Shown here piece by piece: positions 29,859-39,729 of a stretch of 64,000 bases of DNA. How positions within the stretch are numbered: the first letter of the stretch is position 1; every line of letters begins with the position of its first letter. Position numbers and translations under genes: made by a program. The notes under the pieces were generated by a model. That model ran no database searches, was not told the origin of the DNA, and saw nothing but the letters and a program-made list of their open reading frames with translations. The DNA comes from an uncultured delta proteobacterium (lineage in GTDB: Bacteria; Myxococcota_A; Polyangia; Polyangiales; Polyangiaceae): the NCBI GenBank assembly GCA_963850305.1, contig CAWKKR010000004.1, positions 544,001 to 608,000 on the forward strand. The letters are read 5' to 3'.

Positions 29859-30272
29859 TCAGCCCCGCGGAGGGCGATAAATGGAAACAGCGTGTCCAGG
29901 CGGCAGCAGCATTCTCATCGCTACCGCCGCAGGCAGGAGGCGCCCCTTTGGCGCAGGCAGCCCGAGCGAAACCGCGAGGATTCGCTTCGGAGGATCGTTC
30001 GAAGCGACATCGGGCGAGTCATGCCGAGGCGGTCCCGGGTCGACCCACCGGTGACCCGGTTCATCACAGGGCTTTGGATTCGTCAGGCTCCCGGTCATAT
30101 TCGGAAGAGCTGGGACGGGCGCCACCACCGAGGCTCCGCTCGGGTCGCACATCGGCGCAGCGGCGAACGCCCGCGGCGCAAAGAGCGCTATGACCACGGC
30201 GAGCAGCACGGAAATCCCGTGGGCTTGGGGAGCGCGGAAAGGGCGCGGCCGGACGGCGCGAGTGGAAACCAT
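29859..30272 (-). CDS. Secreted Pro-rich hypothetical protein ending in RPPRG (candidate leader/arrest peptide)
   Basis: Basic N-region, hydrophobic VLLAVVIALF, AFA cleavage site, two Cys, C-terminus PPGHAVSIYRPPRG. Confidence 0.65.
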   Translation of the reverse strand: MVSTRAVRPRPFRAPQAHGISVLLAVVIALFAPRAFAAAPMCDPSGASVVAPVPALPNMTGSLTNPKPCDEPGHRWVDPGPPRHDSPDVASNDPPKRILAVSLGLPAPKGRLLPAAVAMRMLLPPGHAVSIYRPPRG

Positions 30273-30419
30273 GGTGTCGCTGAAAGTCGATGCCGGTTTA
30301 GAACCAATTGGGAGGCGGGGCAATTCCCACGAGTCGGCTCGGTTTCGTGCCTGCCGGCGCCGGTTCGCTGGCCCGTCCGATTAGTTGGCCACAGTTGCCT
30401 ACATTGGCACCATGCCACC

Positions 30420-33129
30420 ATGCACGACGTGTCGAGCACGGAGAACGCCCCGCAATCACTCAAGGAAATGGCGCCGCCCAAACCGATGGCGCCTCCGTTG
30501 CCTGAGGGACCGAAGAGCGATCTGCCAAAAAAGCTCGGCCGGCTCACGCTGCTCAAGCCGATCGCCAGGGGTGGGATGGGCGAAGTGTTTCTCGCGACAT
30601 CGGGGGGTATCGAGGGGGCTGAGCGCCCGTGCGTGGTGAAAATCATCCGGCGCGAGTACGCGGAAGATCCGTCCTTCCTGGCTCGGTTTTTCGACGAGGC
30701 GCGCGTCCAGGCGCAGCTCGATCACCCCGGTGTCGCGCGTGTTCTGGAGGCGACGACCGATCCCGCGGGCAAACCACTGGTCGTGGTCGAGTACATCGAG
30801 GGACGGAATCTCGGCGAGGTTCGGAACCGCGGCTCACAGTTGAACGCGTCGATCGGGTGGGCGGAGGCGGTGGCGATTGGCGTCGCGCTCGCGGAGGCTC
30901 TCACTCATGTCCACGAGCGAACGGACGCCAACGGCGCGCCGCTCGGCATCGTGCATCGCGATCTGTCTCCGCAGAACGTGATGGTCGGCTACGGCGGCGA
31001 CGTGAAGCTCATCGACTTCGGGACGGCGCGCGGGGAAAACCGGAAGTGCCACACCGTGAGCGGCGTGGTGCTCGCCAAGCCGGGTTACGTCGCGCCGGAA
31101 GTAGCGAACAATCAACCCGGGGGCGTGGCGGCCGATCTCTATGCGCTCGGCATCATTCTGTGGGAGCTGAGCGCCGGCCGGCGCTTCCTGACGGGCGAGG
31201 CATCCGCGCACGTCGCGGCCGTCGCCGCGGGGCGCCGCAACCCACCGCCGATCGCGGAACTCATGAAAGCCCCACTCGAGCTCGATACGTTGCTGGCGCG
31301 ACTGACCGCGCCGCGCATCGAGGATCGCTTCGCATCGGCGCGGGAAGCGAGCACGGAGCTCGTTCGAGTGCTGAAGAAGGCACCAAGCCTCGCGAACGGG
31401 GAGCGCGGCGTCCGTGCTCGCATCGCGAACGCGATGGAGCGCCTCTACCCTGCGGAGCCCGCTCGTTCGCGCGCGGAACTCGGCCGGCTTCTCGCGACGG
31501 CGCGCAACGCCGAACCCGCGACGAACGCGCCGCCTCCCGCTCCGAGCCCCCACCCTGCTGCGGTCGACGAGTCGTTGTTCCCCGGTACGCGATACCGCAT
31601 CTTGCGCGAGCTCGGACATGGCGCAATGGGCGTCGTTTACGAGGCGCACCACGTGGATCTCGGTCGGGTCGTCGCGCTGAAAGTGCTCCCCAAGGAAAGA
31701 TGCCGCAGCACGGAATTCGAGACGCGGTTTCGACGCGAAGCGCGTTCGATCGCGCGACTCCGCCATCCGAATCTCGTGCAGCTCCACGATTTCGGCGTGT
31801 CGACCGACGGGCGCCCCTATTACGCGATGGAGCTCCTCGAAGGCGAGACCCTGGAGCAATTCCTGGAACGCGAACGGGGCATGGACTGGCGTGAAGCGAC
31901 GCGAATCGGAATCGAGACTTGCTCGGCGCTCGAGGCGGCTCATGCCGCGGGGCTCGTTCATCGGGACATCAAGCCAGGCAACGTCTTTTTGACCCGGGAC
32001 GGCAAGGTGAAGCTCCTCGATTTCGGCGTCGTCCAGGTCGCGCCCGAGGAACGCGCCGAGGACGCGGACAACGTCACGCTGGTCGGCACTGTCGAGTACA
32101 TGGCCCCCGAGCAGGCCGCGGGAGAAGCACTCGACGAACGCGCGGACCTCTACGCGCTGGGGTCCGTGCTGTACGAGCTCGTGACGGGAAGACTACCGCA
32201 TGTCGCATCGACGACGGTCTCGCTGATCGACAAGAAGCTGCGTGCGACGCCAGAGTCGACGCGTGAACGCGCGCCGGACCGCGGAGTCCCTGCGGCACTC
32301 GATCGCGCGATCATGCGAGCACTCGAGCCGTTTTCCGTCGCAACGGCATCCGTCGGCGGCCGAAATGCGTACGGCGCTCGAAGCGGCGCTCACCAGACCG
32401 GCGCGGGCCCGCGCGGTGAGACGAAGGGTGGCAAGCTCGCTCGTGCTGGCGTCGGCCATGCTGCTCGGGGTGGTCGTCGTGAAGAGCGCCCACCGTGCCG
32501 ACGTGCGTCTCCGTGCCGCGGCTCTTCTGGGGCCCAGCGTGGAGAGTCTCGCACGGCATCTTCCCTGGGATCGACCAGCCGCGCCGGCCGCGCGCGCGCC
32601 CGAGGATCCCCCGGTCGCGATCCTGTACGAAGCGCCCAAGCCGGCGAGTGACACGCCCGCGGCGCACTCGAACGACGCCGACCCGAAGGAGCCGCCGGCT
32701 ACCGCCCATCCATCCGAGTCGACGGCCCCGTCGGAAACGCCGGAAACGACGGCGACTCCGGACCCCTCCTTCGAGTCCAATCTCGCGCGCGCCGAGAGTT
32801 TCGCCAAGAAGGGCGAACCCCTGCAGGCGCTCGCCGCGTACCGGGCCCTCGGCACGAGTCATCCCAGGGACGGCCGAGTTCTGCACGGGTGGTCGGAGGC
32901 TGCGGTGAAGACCAAGGCTTGGGGCGAAGGGCTTCGCGTCGCGATCAGCTGGGCGTCGATCGACTCCAGCCCGGAAGCGCAGCTCTACCTGGCACGAATT
33001 CAGCGATCCGCCGGCCAGCGCTACGGAGCCGTCGCCACCCTGACGCGTCTCATCGATCAGCATCCGGAAGTCCATGAGGCCAGGACCTTGCTCGACCGAT
33101 TCGAAGACAAGAAGATCGCTTCGAGATAG
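30420..33129 (+). CDS. Tandem double Ser/Thr kinase with TM helix and TPR-like C-terminus (frameshift near 32330)
   Basis: Kinase 1: GGMGEV, HRDLSPQN, DFG, YVAPE. Kinase 2: GHGAMG, HRDIKPGN, DFG, YMAPE. Continues in ORF 32242-33129. Confidence 0.88.
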
Positions 33130-33144
33130 CGCGGGTCTCCCACG

Positions 33145-33170
33145 AAAGCGGTAGAGTCGGCCGCTTTTTT
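33145..33170 (+). terminator. Hairpin plus T-tract between the kinase and MATE genes
   Basis: AAAGCGG..CCGCTTT followed by TTT. Could instead be an operator. Confidence 0.45.
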
Positions 33171-33178
33171 GAGCCCCG

Positions 33179-34615
33179 ATGGCAAACGTCCCCAATCGCT
33201 CCGCGGCGGTCGTGACTCACGGCTCGACCTACTCCGTTATCCTCAAGCTCGCCGCGCCGACCGTGCTCGCGATGCTCAGTCAGAGCGTCGTGAACGACAT
33301 CGACGTCGTCTTCTTCTCGCGACTTCCCTGCCCCGAGTCTTCGAACGCGCAGGCCGCGCTCCTGCCATCGTTGATCCTGCTTTGGATGTTCGGCGGATCG
33401 CTCAGCGCGATCTCGGTGGGCACGCAGGCGCTCGCCGCCCGCCGCATCGCCGAAGAGAAGCCTGGCGACGCGGGCGCCGTGCTCGTGAACTCATGGGTAT
33501 TTTCCCTGCTCGCCGGAATCGCGTTCACGGTGATCGGCTACGCCTGCCTGCCGCTCGTGCTGCGGTTCTTGATTCGGGTCCCCGCTGTTCGTGCCGCCGC
33601 ACGGGCATACATGGGCTACCGGCTCCTCGGTATCGCGAGCATGGCGATCACCTTCTCGTTCAAGGCGTTCTTCGACGGCATCGGCAAGACTGGGGTGCAC
33701 ATGGTGGCCGCCGTAATCATGAACGTTCTCAATGTTCTGCTCTGCTACACCTTCATTTTCGGCCATTTCGGAGCACCGCGGATGGGCGCCGGAGGCGCCG
33801 GACTCGCGGGATTCATCGCGACGTGGATCGGCCTCGCCGTGATGATCGCGTGGGCCACCCTCGGACGATACCGGCATGGCTACGGACCGTTCGACCTGTC
33901 GAAGCTCGATCGCTCGACCACCTGGAGCATCTTGCGCCTGTCGATCCCGAGTGGTGTGGCGACGATCGCCGTCATGACGGGCTTCGCCCTCTTCTCGATG
34001 ATCGTCAGCCGACTCGACACGATGACCGGCGCCGCCACCGTCGTTTCGAACTGCCCGAGTGGGCACGCAGAGGCGGTGAATAGCGCCGCCACGATGGTGA
34101 TCGTCGGCGTCCTGAAGCTGACGTTCACGGCGTGCCTCGCGTTCGGCACCAGCACCGCGACTCTCGTATCGCAGTCGCTCGGCGAACGTGACGGCGAACG
34201 CGCCGCGCAGTTCGGCTGGGCCTCGGTTCGACTGGGCATCTTCATCTTCGGCATCATCGGTCTGCTGGAAGGGGTGGTCTTTCCGGGTCATGTGCTCGCG
34301 ATATTCACCTCCAGCAGCGCCGTCACGCACGCGGCGATGATGCCCCTCCGGCTCATGGGCATCTGCACGCCAGTCATCGCGGTTGCCATGATCCTGTCGC
34401 AGGCGCTGTTCGGTGCGGGCAACACCGTCTTCGTGATGATCGTGGAACTCATTCTCCACTTCACGTGCCTGGTCCCTCTGGCGTGGCTTCTCGGCATCAC
34501 GATGGGCTACGGCCTCGTCGGGATCTGGAGCGCCGCGATCAGCTACATCGTGCTTCTGGCGACGGCCACCAGCGTCAAATTCGCGATGGGCGGCTGGAAG
34601 AGCATCCGGATCTGA
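33179..34615 (+). CDS. MATE family efflux transporter
   Basis: About 12 TM helices, LAAP..LSQS..ID, FFDGIGKT, NVLLCYTFIFGHFGAPRMGAGGAGLA, LFGAGNT. Confidence 0.9.
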   Translation: MANVPNRSAAVVTHGSTYSVILKLAAPTVLAMLSQSVVNDIDVVFFSRLPCPESSNAQAALLPSLILLWMFGGSLSAISVGTQALAARRIAEEKPGDAGAVLVNSWVFSLLAGIAFTVIGYACLPLVLRFLIRVPAVRAAARAYMGYRLLGIASMAITFSFKAFFDGIGKTGVHMVAAVIMNVLNVLLCYTFIFGHFGAPRMGAGGAGLAGFIATWIGLAVMIAWATLGRYRHGYGPFDLSKLDRSTTWSILRLSIPSGVATIAVMTGFALFSMIVSRLDTMTGAATVVSNCPSGHAEAVNSAATMVIVGVLKLTFTACLAFGTSTATLVSQSLGERDGERAAQFGWASVRLGIFIFGIIGLLEGVVFPGHVLAIFTSSSAVTHAAMMPLRLMGICTPVIAVAMILSQALFGAGNTVFVMIVELILHFTCLVPLAWLLGITMGYGLVGIWSAAISYIVLLATATSVKFAMGGWKSIRI

Positions 34616-34707
34616 GGCGGCACCGCGTGTGAGGCGGTCCCGAACCCCCGCGATCGGCGGACCGGAGGACGCTTGCTTTCTGCGCTCCCAGCGGGAGCTA
34701 CGGACGC

Positions 34708-36297
34708 TTACTTTCCCGCGCTGCCGGCGGGAGCTGCGGAAGGCGGACCCGCGTCATCGCCGAGGCCCTTGAGAAGCTGGTCGACTTCCTTGTCTTCCTC
34801 GGACTCCGCCGATGGTGCGCCAGATGCGCTCGGCGCCGCCGAACCTGCTGGCCCGGTTTGATCGAGCGTCGGTTCGTCGTCGTCGACATCCTGCCCGGTC
34901 CCCCACTTCTTCTTTTCTTCTTCCGTACAGGGGAGCGGATTGTTGCGGTCCTCCTGGACGCACTCCATCATCCACGCCTCGCGAGGCGGTTCGTGGAACT
35001 TGGCGGCCTTGGCCTTCGCGATCAGGATGTCGTTATCGACGGCGAAGGTCGATATCTTGGGGACCGCATCCACGATGATCAGCCCCAGCGCCATGATCGC
35101 GACGAAGGGGAACGTCAACTTGTACAGATCCACCATCGAGCGGTTGAAGCGATAACTCGCGACGAACACGTTCTGGCCGAAGGGTGGCAGGAGGTTACAC
35201 ACCTCCATGTTGAGCAGGAACATGATGCACATGTGGAACGGCTGAATGCCGAACCGAGCCGCGAACGGTGTGATCAGGGGCACGCTGACCAGGATCATGC
35301 TGATCCCGTCCATCACCATCACGTACAGGAACAAGTTCAGCGCGAACAGGAACTCCCAGCGCTGATTGATCCCGGCATGGCTCATCCACTGGTAGACCTT
35401 GTCCGGGATCTGCTCGCTGATCATGTAGTTCGTCAGCGACATGGCGAACGCCATGATGAGCAGAAGCCCGCCCGCAAGGCCCATCGCGTTCCGCGCGATT
35501 CGCAGGAAGTCCTTGAAGTCGAGATCCTCGTAGACGTAGACCTCGATGATGATCGCGTAGAACGCCGCCAGCGCCGCTGCCTCGTCGATCTGCGTCAGCC
35601 CCGTCGCGAGCCCCCCCAGGATCAGGAAGGGGACGCCGATCTCCCACTTGACCTCCCAGAGCGCAGCGCCGGCTTCCTTCGCGTCGAACTTCTGGGTAGG
35701 GATCTCGTTTCGCCGCGCGACGAAGACAGCGTAAAGGCTCAGCATCGCGATGATGAAGAGCCCGGGCGCGATACCCGACTTGAACGCCTTGTTGAAGTCG
35801 ATCCCCGCGACGAGGGAGTAGACGAGAATCGGCAGCGACGGGGGAAGAAGAAGTCCGACGGAACCGCTCGTGGTCACGACACCGAGCGCGAACCGCTCGG
35901 GATAGCCGCTCGCAACCATGGTGGGGTAGAGCAGAGCGCCTATCGCAACGATGGTGATCGCGCTTCCGCCGGTGAACGTCGTGAAGAACGCACTGGCGAT
36001 GATGCAGACGATCGCTAGGCCACCCGGGACCCATCCAAGAAACGCTTGCGCCGCGCGCACGATGCGTTCCGGCGTCTTCGACTCGGCCATCATGTAGCCG
36101 ATGAACGTGAAGAGCGGCACGGTCACCAGGACGGGAGAGCCCGCGAATCGCTCGTCAAGGACGTCCGGCGCGAGGAACCGCAGGACGCGCATATCGGGGT
36201 TGTGATGCGTGAGCCAGGCGATCTCCGTCCATCCGCCCATGATGGCGAACACCGGAGTGCCGATGATGACGAGGATGAAGATGAGCAGACCGAACAT
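34708..36297 (-). CDS. TRAP transporter large permease (DctM) with C-terminal extension
   Basis: LVTVPLFTFIG, GGLAIV..FFTTFTGGS, GSVGLLLPPS, PPFGQN. Confidence 0.92.
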   Translation of the reverse strand: MFGLLIFILVIIGTPVFAIMGGWTEIAWLTHHNPDMRVLRFLAPDVLDERFAGSPVLVTVPLFTFIGYMMAESKTPERIVRAAQAFLGWVPGGLAIVCIIASAFFTTFTGGSAITIVAIGALLYPTMVASGYPERFALGVVTTSGSVGLLLPPSLPILVYSLVAGIDFNKAFKSGIAPGLFIIAMLSLYAVFVARRNEIPTQKFDAKEAGAALWEVKWEIGVPFLILGGLATGLTQIDEAAALAAFYAIIIEVYVYEDLDFKDFLRIARNAMGLAGGLLLIMAFAMSLTNYMISEQIPDKVYQWMSHAGINQRWEFLFALNLFLYVMVMDGISMILVSVPLITPFAARFGIQPFHMCIMFLLNMEVCNLLPPFGQNVFVASYRFNRSMVDLYKLTFPFVAIMALGLIIVDAVPKISTFAVDNDILIAKAKAAKFHEPPREAWMMECVQEDRNNPLPCTEEEKKKWGTGQDVDDDEPTLDQTGPAGSAAPSASGAPSAESEEDKEVDQLLKGLGDDAGPPSAAPAGSAGK

Positions 36298-36302
36298 GAA
36301 CT

Positions 36303-37424
36303 TCAGGCCTTCGAATCCGCCGGGGTCGGCTCTTCCGCCGGAAATTCATCCGACTCGTCGGGGTCCACGCTCGCGTGGCCGGTCAGGACGAGGATGGATC
36401 GCACGACGAATCGGATCGCGATGATGAGCAGCCCTATCGGAAACACCAGGTTCGCGGCGTTGATGAGCTCGCCCCGCGGTTCGCCACGCCCAGGGATCAC
36501 GATCAACGGCGCCCGCGATTCGTCGTCCGGGATCTTCAGACTGTCAGCCTGCTCCTGGCCGTAGCGCTGGACCAGCCCCGAAGTTTCGAGCCACGCGTTC
36601 CACTCCTTGCCCTTGAGCCAGTCCGCGTACGCCTGACCGCGAATGAGGATGTGCGGCGCGCTCTTGAAGTCGAGCTCGATCTGCTTTCTGGCGATGAAGA
36701 AGTCTTCCCCAAGCTGCTGGATGACGCGACTGACCTTGGCTCCTGCCCTGGCATCTGCGTTTGCCCCGAAGCTCTCGATCGCAATGTGGTCGAAAAAGCC
36801 CCAGGCGGCCGCACCGGATACCAGTGCCGACACCAGCCAACCGACGATGACCATCGCCACCCGGGGGCGGTAACTGACGAACCGCGTGGCGATGTCGATG
36901 ATGATGTGTTTGCCCTTGGCCGTCGCGAGCGACCCGCCCACGAGTGCGAGCAACAACGTCAGGCGCGTACCGACGCCCCGGAGGCCGCCGAGCAAAGTGA
37001 GAAAGCAGGCTTGATTGTACCAATTGAGGAGATTCGACGTGTATCCCACGCCGAAATTGGCCCACGTTTTTCCGATGGCGAGCCCCAAGAAGACCGCGGC
37101 AAGCGTGAGATTTCGGCGAAGCGCCTCCGACTGCTTGCGAAGCCCGAAGTGGGCAAGCATGCCGAGCGCAATTGCCCCCACCAAGGAACGGAAGACGATG
37201 CCTGCTGAGCTCTCGCCGCCCGGCGGAGTCGAGAATCCCTTCAGGAAGACCCAGAGGGACATGGAAAGGATTTCGAGCGCGAGCGCTAGCACTGCGAGCC
37301 ACGTCTCGAAGCGCGTCCAGGCCGTGTCGAGCCGCACCAGCGGAAGGGCCCAAGGCGCGCCCTTTTTTTCCGGCTCGCGATGAGCGCCGCCACCGCCGTC
37401 GCTCGTGTTGACCTCGCTCGACAT
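36303..37424 (-). CDS. TRAP transporter small permease (DctQ), enlarged
   Basis: LALVGGSLATAKGKHIIIDI motif and final helix PIGLLIIAIRF. Lies between dctP and dctM. Confidence 0.82.
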   Translation of the reverse strand: MSSEVNTSDGGGGAHREPEKKGAPWALPLVRLDTAWTRFETWLAVLALALEILSMSLWVFLKGFSTPPGGESSAGIVFRSLVGAIALGMLAHFGLRKQSEALRRNLTLAAVFLGLAIGKTWANFGVGYTSNLLNWYNQACFLTLLGGLRGVGTRLTLLLALVGGSLATAKGKHIIIDIATRFVSYRPRVAMVIVGWLVSALVSGAAAWGFFDHIAIESFGANADARAGAKVSRVIQQLGEDFFIARKQIELDFKSAPHILIRGQAYADWLKGKEWNAWLETSGLVQRYGQEQADSLKIPDDESRAPLIVIPGRGEPRGELINAANLVFPIGLLIIAIRFVVRSILVLTGHASVDPDESDEFPAEEPTPADSKA

Positions 37425-37581
37425 GGCCGCGCGCGAAGTTAGGCCAAGCGAACGGTGCCGTCACCTGGAAAGGGTCGCGCCGACGCGGGCTCGGAGGCCT
37501 TAACGAACGATGAAAGCGCTCACGCTCGCTCGTCCGCACGAGCTCGGTTGGCGCGTCGCGTCGCGTCGCGTTCTTCTGGCC

Positions 37582-38565
37582 TCAGCAGTAACCGATCCTC
37601 GTGAGCACGTCGCCGGGAAGTGCTGCCTTCACCCGCTGACAAGCCTTCTTGAAGATCCTGTCCCACGCGTCGTGCTCGGCCGGAGTCGGATTGTGCACGG
37701 CCATCTTCTGTTCGAGCCGCGCCAGCGACTCGTCGTCTTCCTTTCGGATGATCTTCGTCAGCATTTCAGACGCCGCCGCGCCGGTCTTCTCGAGAATTTC
37801 CCGTTCGTCCGCGGGCAACCGCTCGAGCTCCTTGTTCGACAGGACCACCGCACCCACGCCGAATCCCACGACCCCCGTGTTCACGTGATCGAGCCGCGAC
37901 GTCCACTGAAGCTGCTCCGCGGGCAGTGCCGGTACCGAAAGCTCGTCGATTGCACCCGAGTTGAGGAGCGGAAGAAACTCGTTCACATCGGCCGGCTTTG
38001 GGGTGATGCCGCCGATCGCCTCGAACACCTTGGGGCCAATGATGTCCTGGGCGATGAGCCCGGGGGACCTGCCCCTCAGATCCTCGGGCACCTTCACTTC
38101 GTACCCCCGGGTGAACGTACGAGCGATGCCGACATCGCCCCAGCCGCCGACGTAAAATCCAGCCTCGTTCATCGCCTTGTCGAACTCGGGACGGAGCTGC
38201 TCGCGTGCTTTATCGAGCTGGGCCCAGGTCTGGAAAGCGCCCGGCATCTGTAGGGCGACGATTGGCTTGTAAATCTCGGAAAGGCCGACTGCCGTGATGG
38301 CGGCACCGGTGATCTGACCGCTCCGGATCTTGCCAACGGTATTTGCCTCCGGGCCCGCCGTGCCGTTCCAGAGCCACTCGACATCGACGTCGCCCTTGGT
38401 CTTGTCGTCGACCGCCTTCGACCAGGCCGAAAACACCTTGCCCCACGGGCTGTGTTTCGGAGCCAGCGTCGCGATCCGGATCGTCGTCTTCGCGGACGCC
38501 GTTCCAGCCATCCCGAGGGTCACGAATGTTGCCGCGAGCAAGGCGGCGGGGAGCTTCCGGTTCAT
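37582..38565 (-). CDS. TRAP substrate-binding protein (DctP, TatP type)
   Basis: Signal peptide, IRIATLAPKHSPWG, KIRSGQITGA, PEDLRG, LNSGAID. Confidence 0.9.
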   Translation of the reverse strand: MNRKLPAALLAATFVTLGMAGTASAKTTIRIATLAPKHSPWGKVFSAWSKAVDDKTKGDVDVEWLWNGTAGPEANTVGKIRSGQITGAAITAVGLSEIYKPIVALQMPGAFQTWAQLDKAREQLRPEFDKAMNEAGFYVGGWGDVGIARTFTRGYEVKVPEDLRGRSPGLIAQDIIGPKVFEAIGGITPKPADVNEFLPLLNSGAIDELSVPALPAEQLQWTSRLDHVNTGVVGFGVGAVVLSNKELERLPADEREILEKTGAAASEMLTKIIRKEDDESLARLEQKMAVHNPTPAEHDAWDRIFKKACQRVKAALPGDVLTRIGYC

Positions 38566-38718
38566 GTCGTTGATCCTTCCATCATTGTCGACTCGAGCTT
38601 GAGCGCTAACCGAACGCTGACTTGCGCGGAGCTCGCCTCGAGCGCGCCCCAGCGTGAGACGAGTCCGCGGCGGATTCGAATCAAAGATCCGTGCGGCTTA
38701 GCTGATCCGCCGTTCAGC

Positions 38719-39651
38719 TCAATCGGTGAAACCACAATCTTCCTGGAAAATCTTGTTGTCCAGGTACCTTCGGGCTCGCCTCTTGGCAATCAGGTTTTGT
38801 AGGCGCGCCTCGGGAATCGGATCGCCGGCGGCGAGAACCTCGTTCAGGAGGCGCTCGTAGTTCTTTCGGTCGCTTCTTGCGCAATAATAGCGCGTGGCGT
38901 AGTTGAGCTGCGTCGGAAGAAACTTGCCACCGTTGATCTTCATGGCCGCGTCGAAGTGCTGCTTCGACTGGTCGAGCTCGGATTGAGCCGTTCGGGCGTG
39001 ATACGCGCCGAGCAGGATGTGCGCCATCCCATGCTCGAGGTTCTCGTCGAGGGCCAGAGAGCGTTCCGCGAGCGCCACCCCAACGTATAGGTTTCCGACG
39101 ACCGAGGGGTCGTCCTTGGCAGCGTCCACCATGCCGAGCCATGCGTACGCGATCCAGAGGAGATCCTCGGCCTCCTTCCTGTCGTTGAAGTTCTTCGTGA
39201 CCCACGCGTTCATCGTGTCCGCGTTGCGTTGAGCGGCGTCGAATCCCTCGGCTTCCTTGTTCAAGAGCTGAATCCCGAAGAAGCGAGCTCGCTTGAAGCC
39301 GGCAATCGTGCGCGCATGATGGTAGGCGGACATCTGGTCGTCCTTGGCAATCTCCGCGAGCTCGAACTCGTCTTCGGTGAAGCCGAAGGTGGCGCCGGCC
39401 CAGCTCTTGGTCAGCAAGAAGAGATTGTCCTCGTTGTACGGCGCGATCTTGTAGAGCCCCTCGAGCTGGCCGAGTCCGGCGCGAGCCACCGCCCGGGCGA
39501 CCTCGAAGTCCTGGAGCGTACTGACCGCGTCCGCACCCTCACGCGTCCCGCTGATCTGTCCGTCAATCAGGACTTTCTTCAGGCAACCCGTGACGGACAT
39601 GCTCAACACGGCCGAAAGGAGCGCCCCGACAATCCCTCGCACAGAGCTCAT
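38719..39651 (-). CDS. TRAP T-component (TatT) lipoprotein
   Basis: Lipobox VTGC, D.EVARA..LGQLEGL, helical TPR-like body, NLIAKRRARRYL. Directly upstream of the TatP-type gene. Confidence 0.82.
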   Translation of the reverse strand: MSSVRGIVGALLSAVLSMSVTGCLKKVLIDGQISGTREGADAVSTLQDFEVARAVARAGLGQLEGLYKIAPYNEDNLFLLTKSWAGATFGFTEDEFELAEIAKDDQMSAYHHARTIAGFKRARFFGIQLLNKEAEGFDAAQRNADTMNAWVTKNFNDRKEAEDLLWIAYAWLGMVDAAKDDPSVVGNLYVGVALAERSLALDENLEHGMAHILLGAYHARTAQSELDQSKQHFDAAMKINGGKFLPTQLNYATRYYCARSDRKNYERLLNEVLAAGDPIPEARLQNLIAKRRARRYLDNKIFQEDCGFTD

Positions 39652-39729
39652 GGGCCGCGTTTTTACCGGCGTTCGGATCGGGATTCAACGAATGTCCGAC
39701 GAGCGGACGCCAAACAGAGGGTGACCTCT

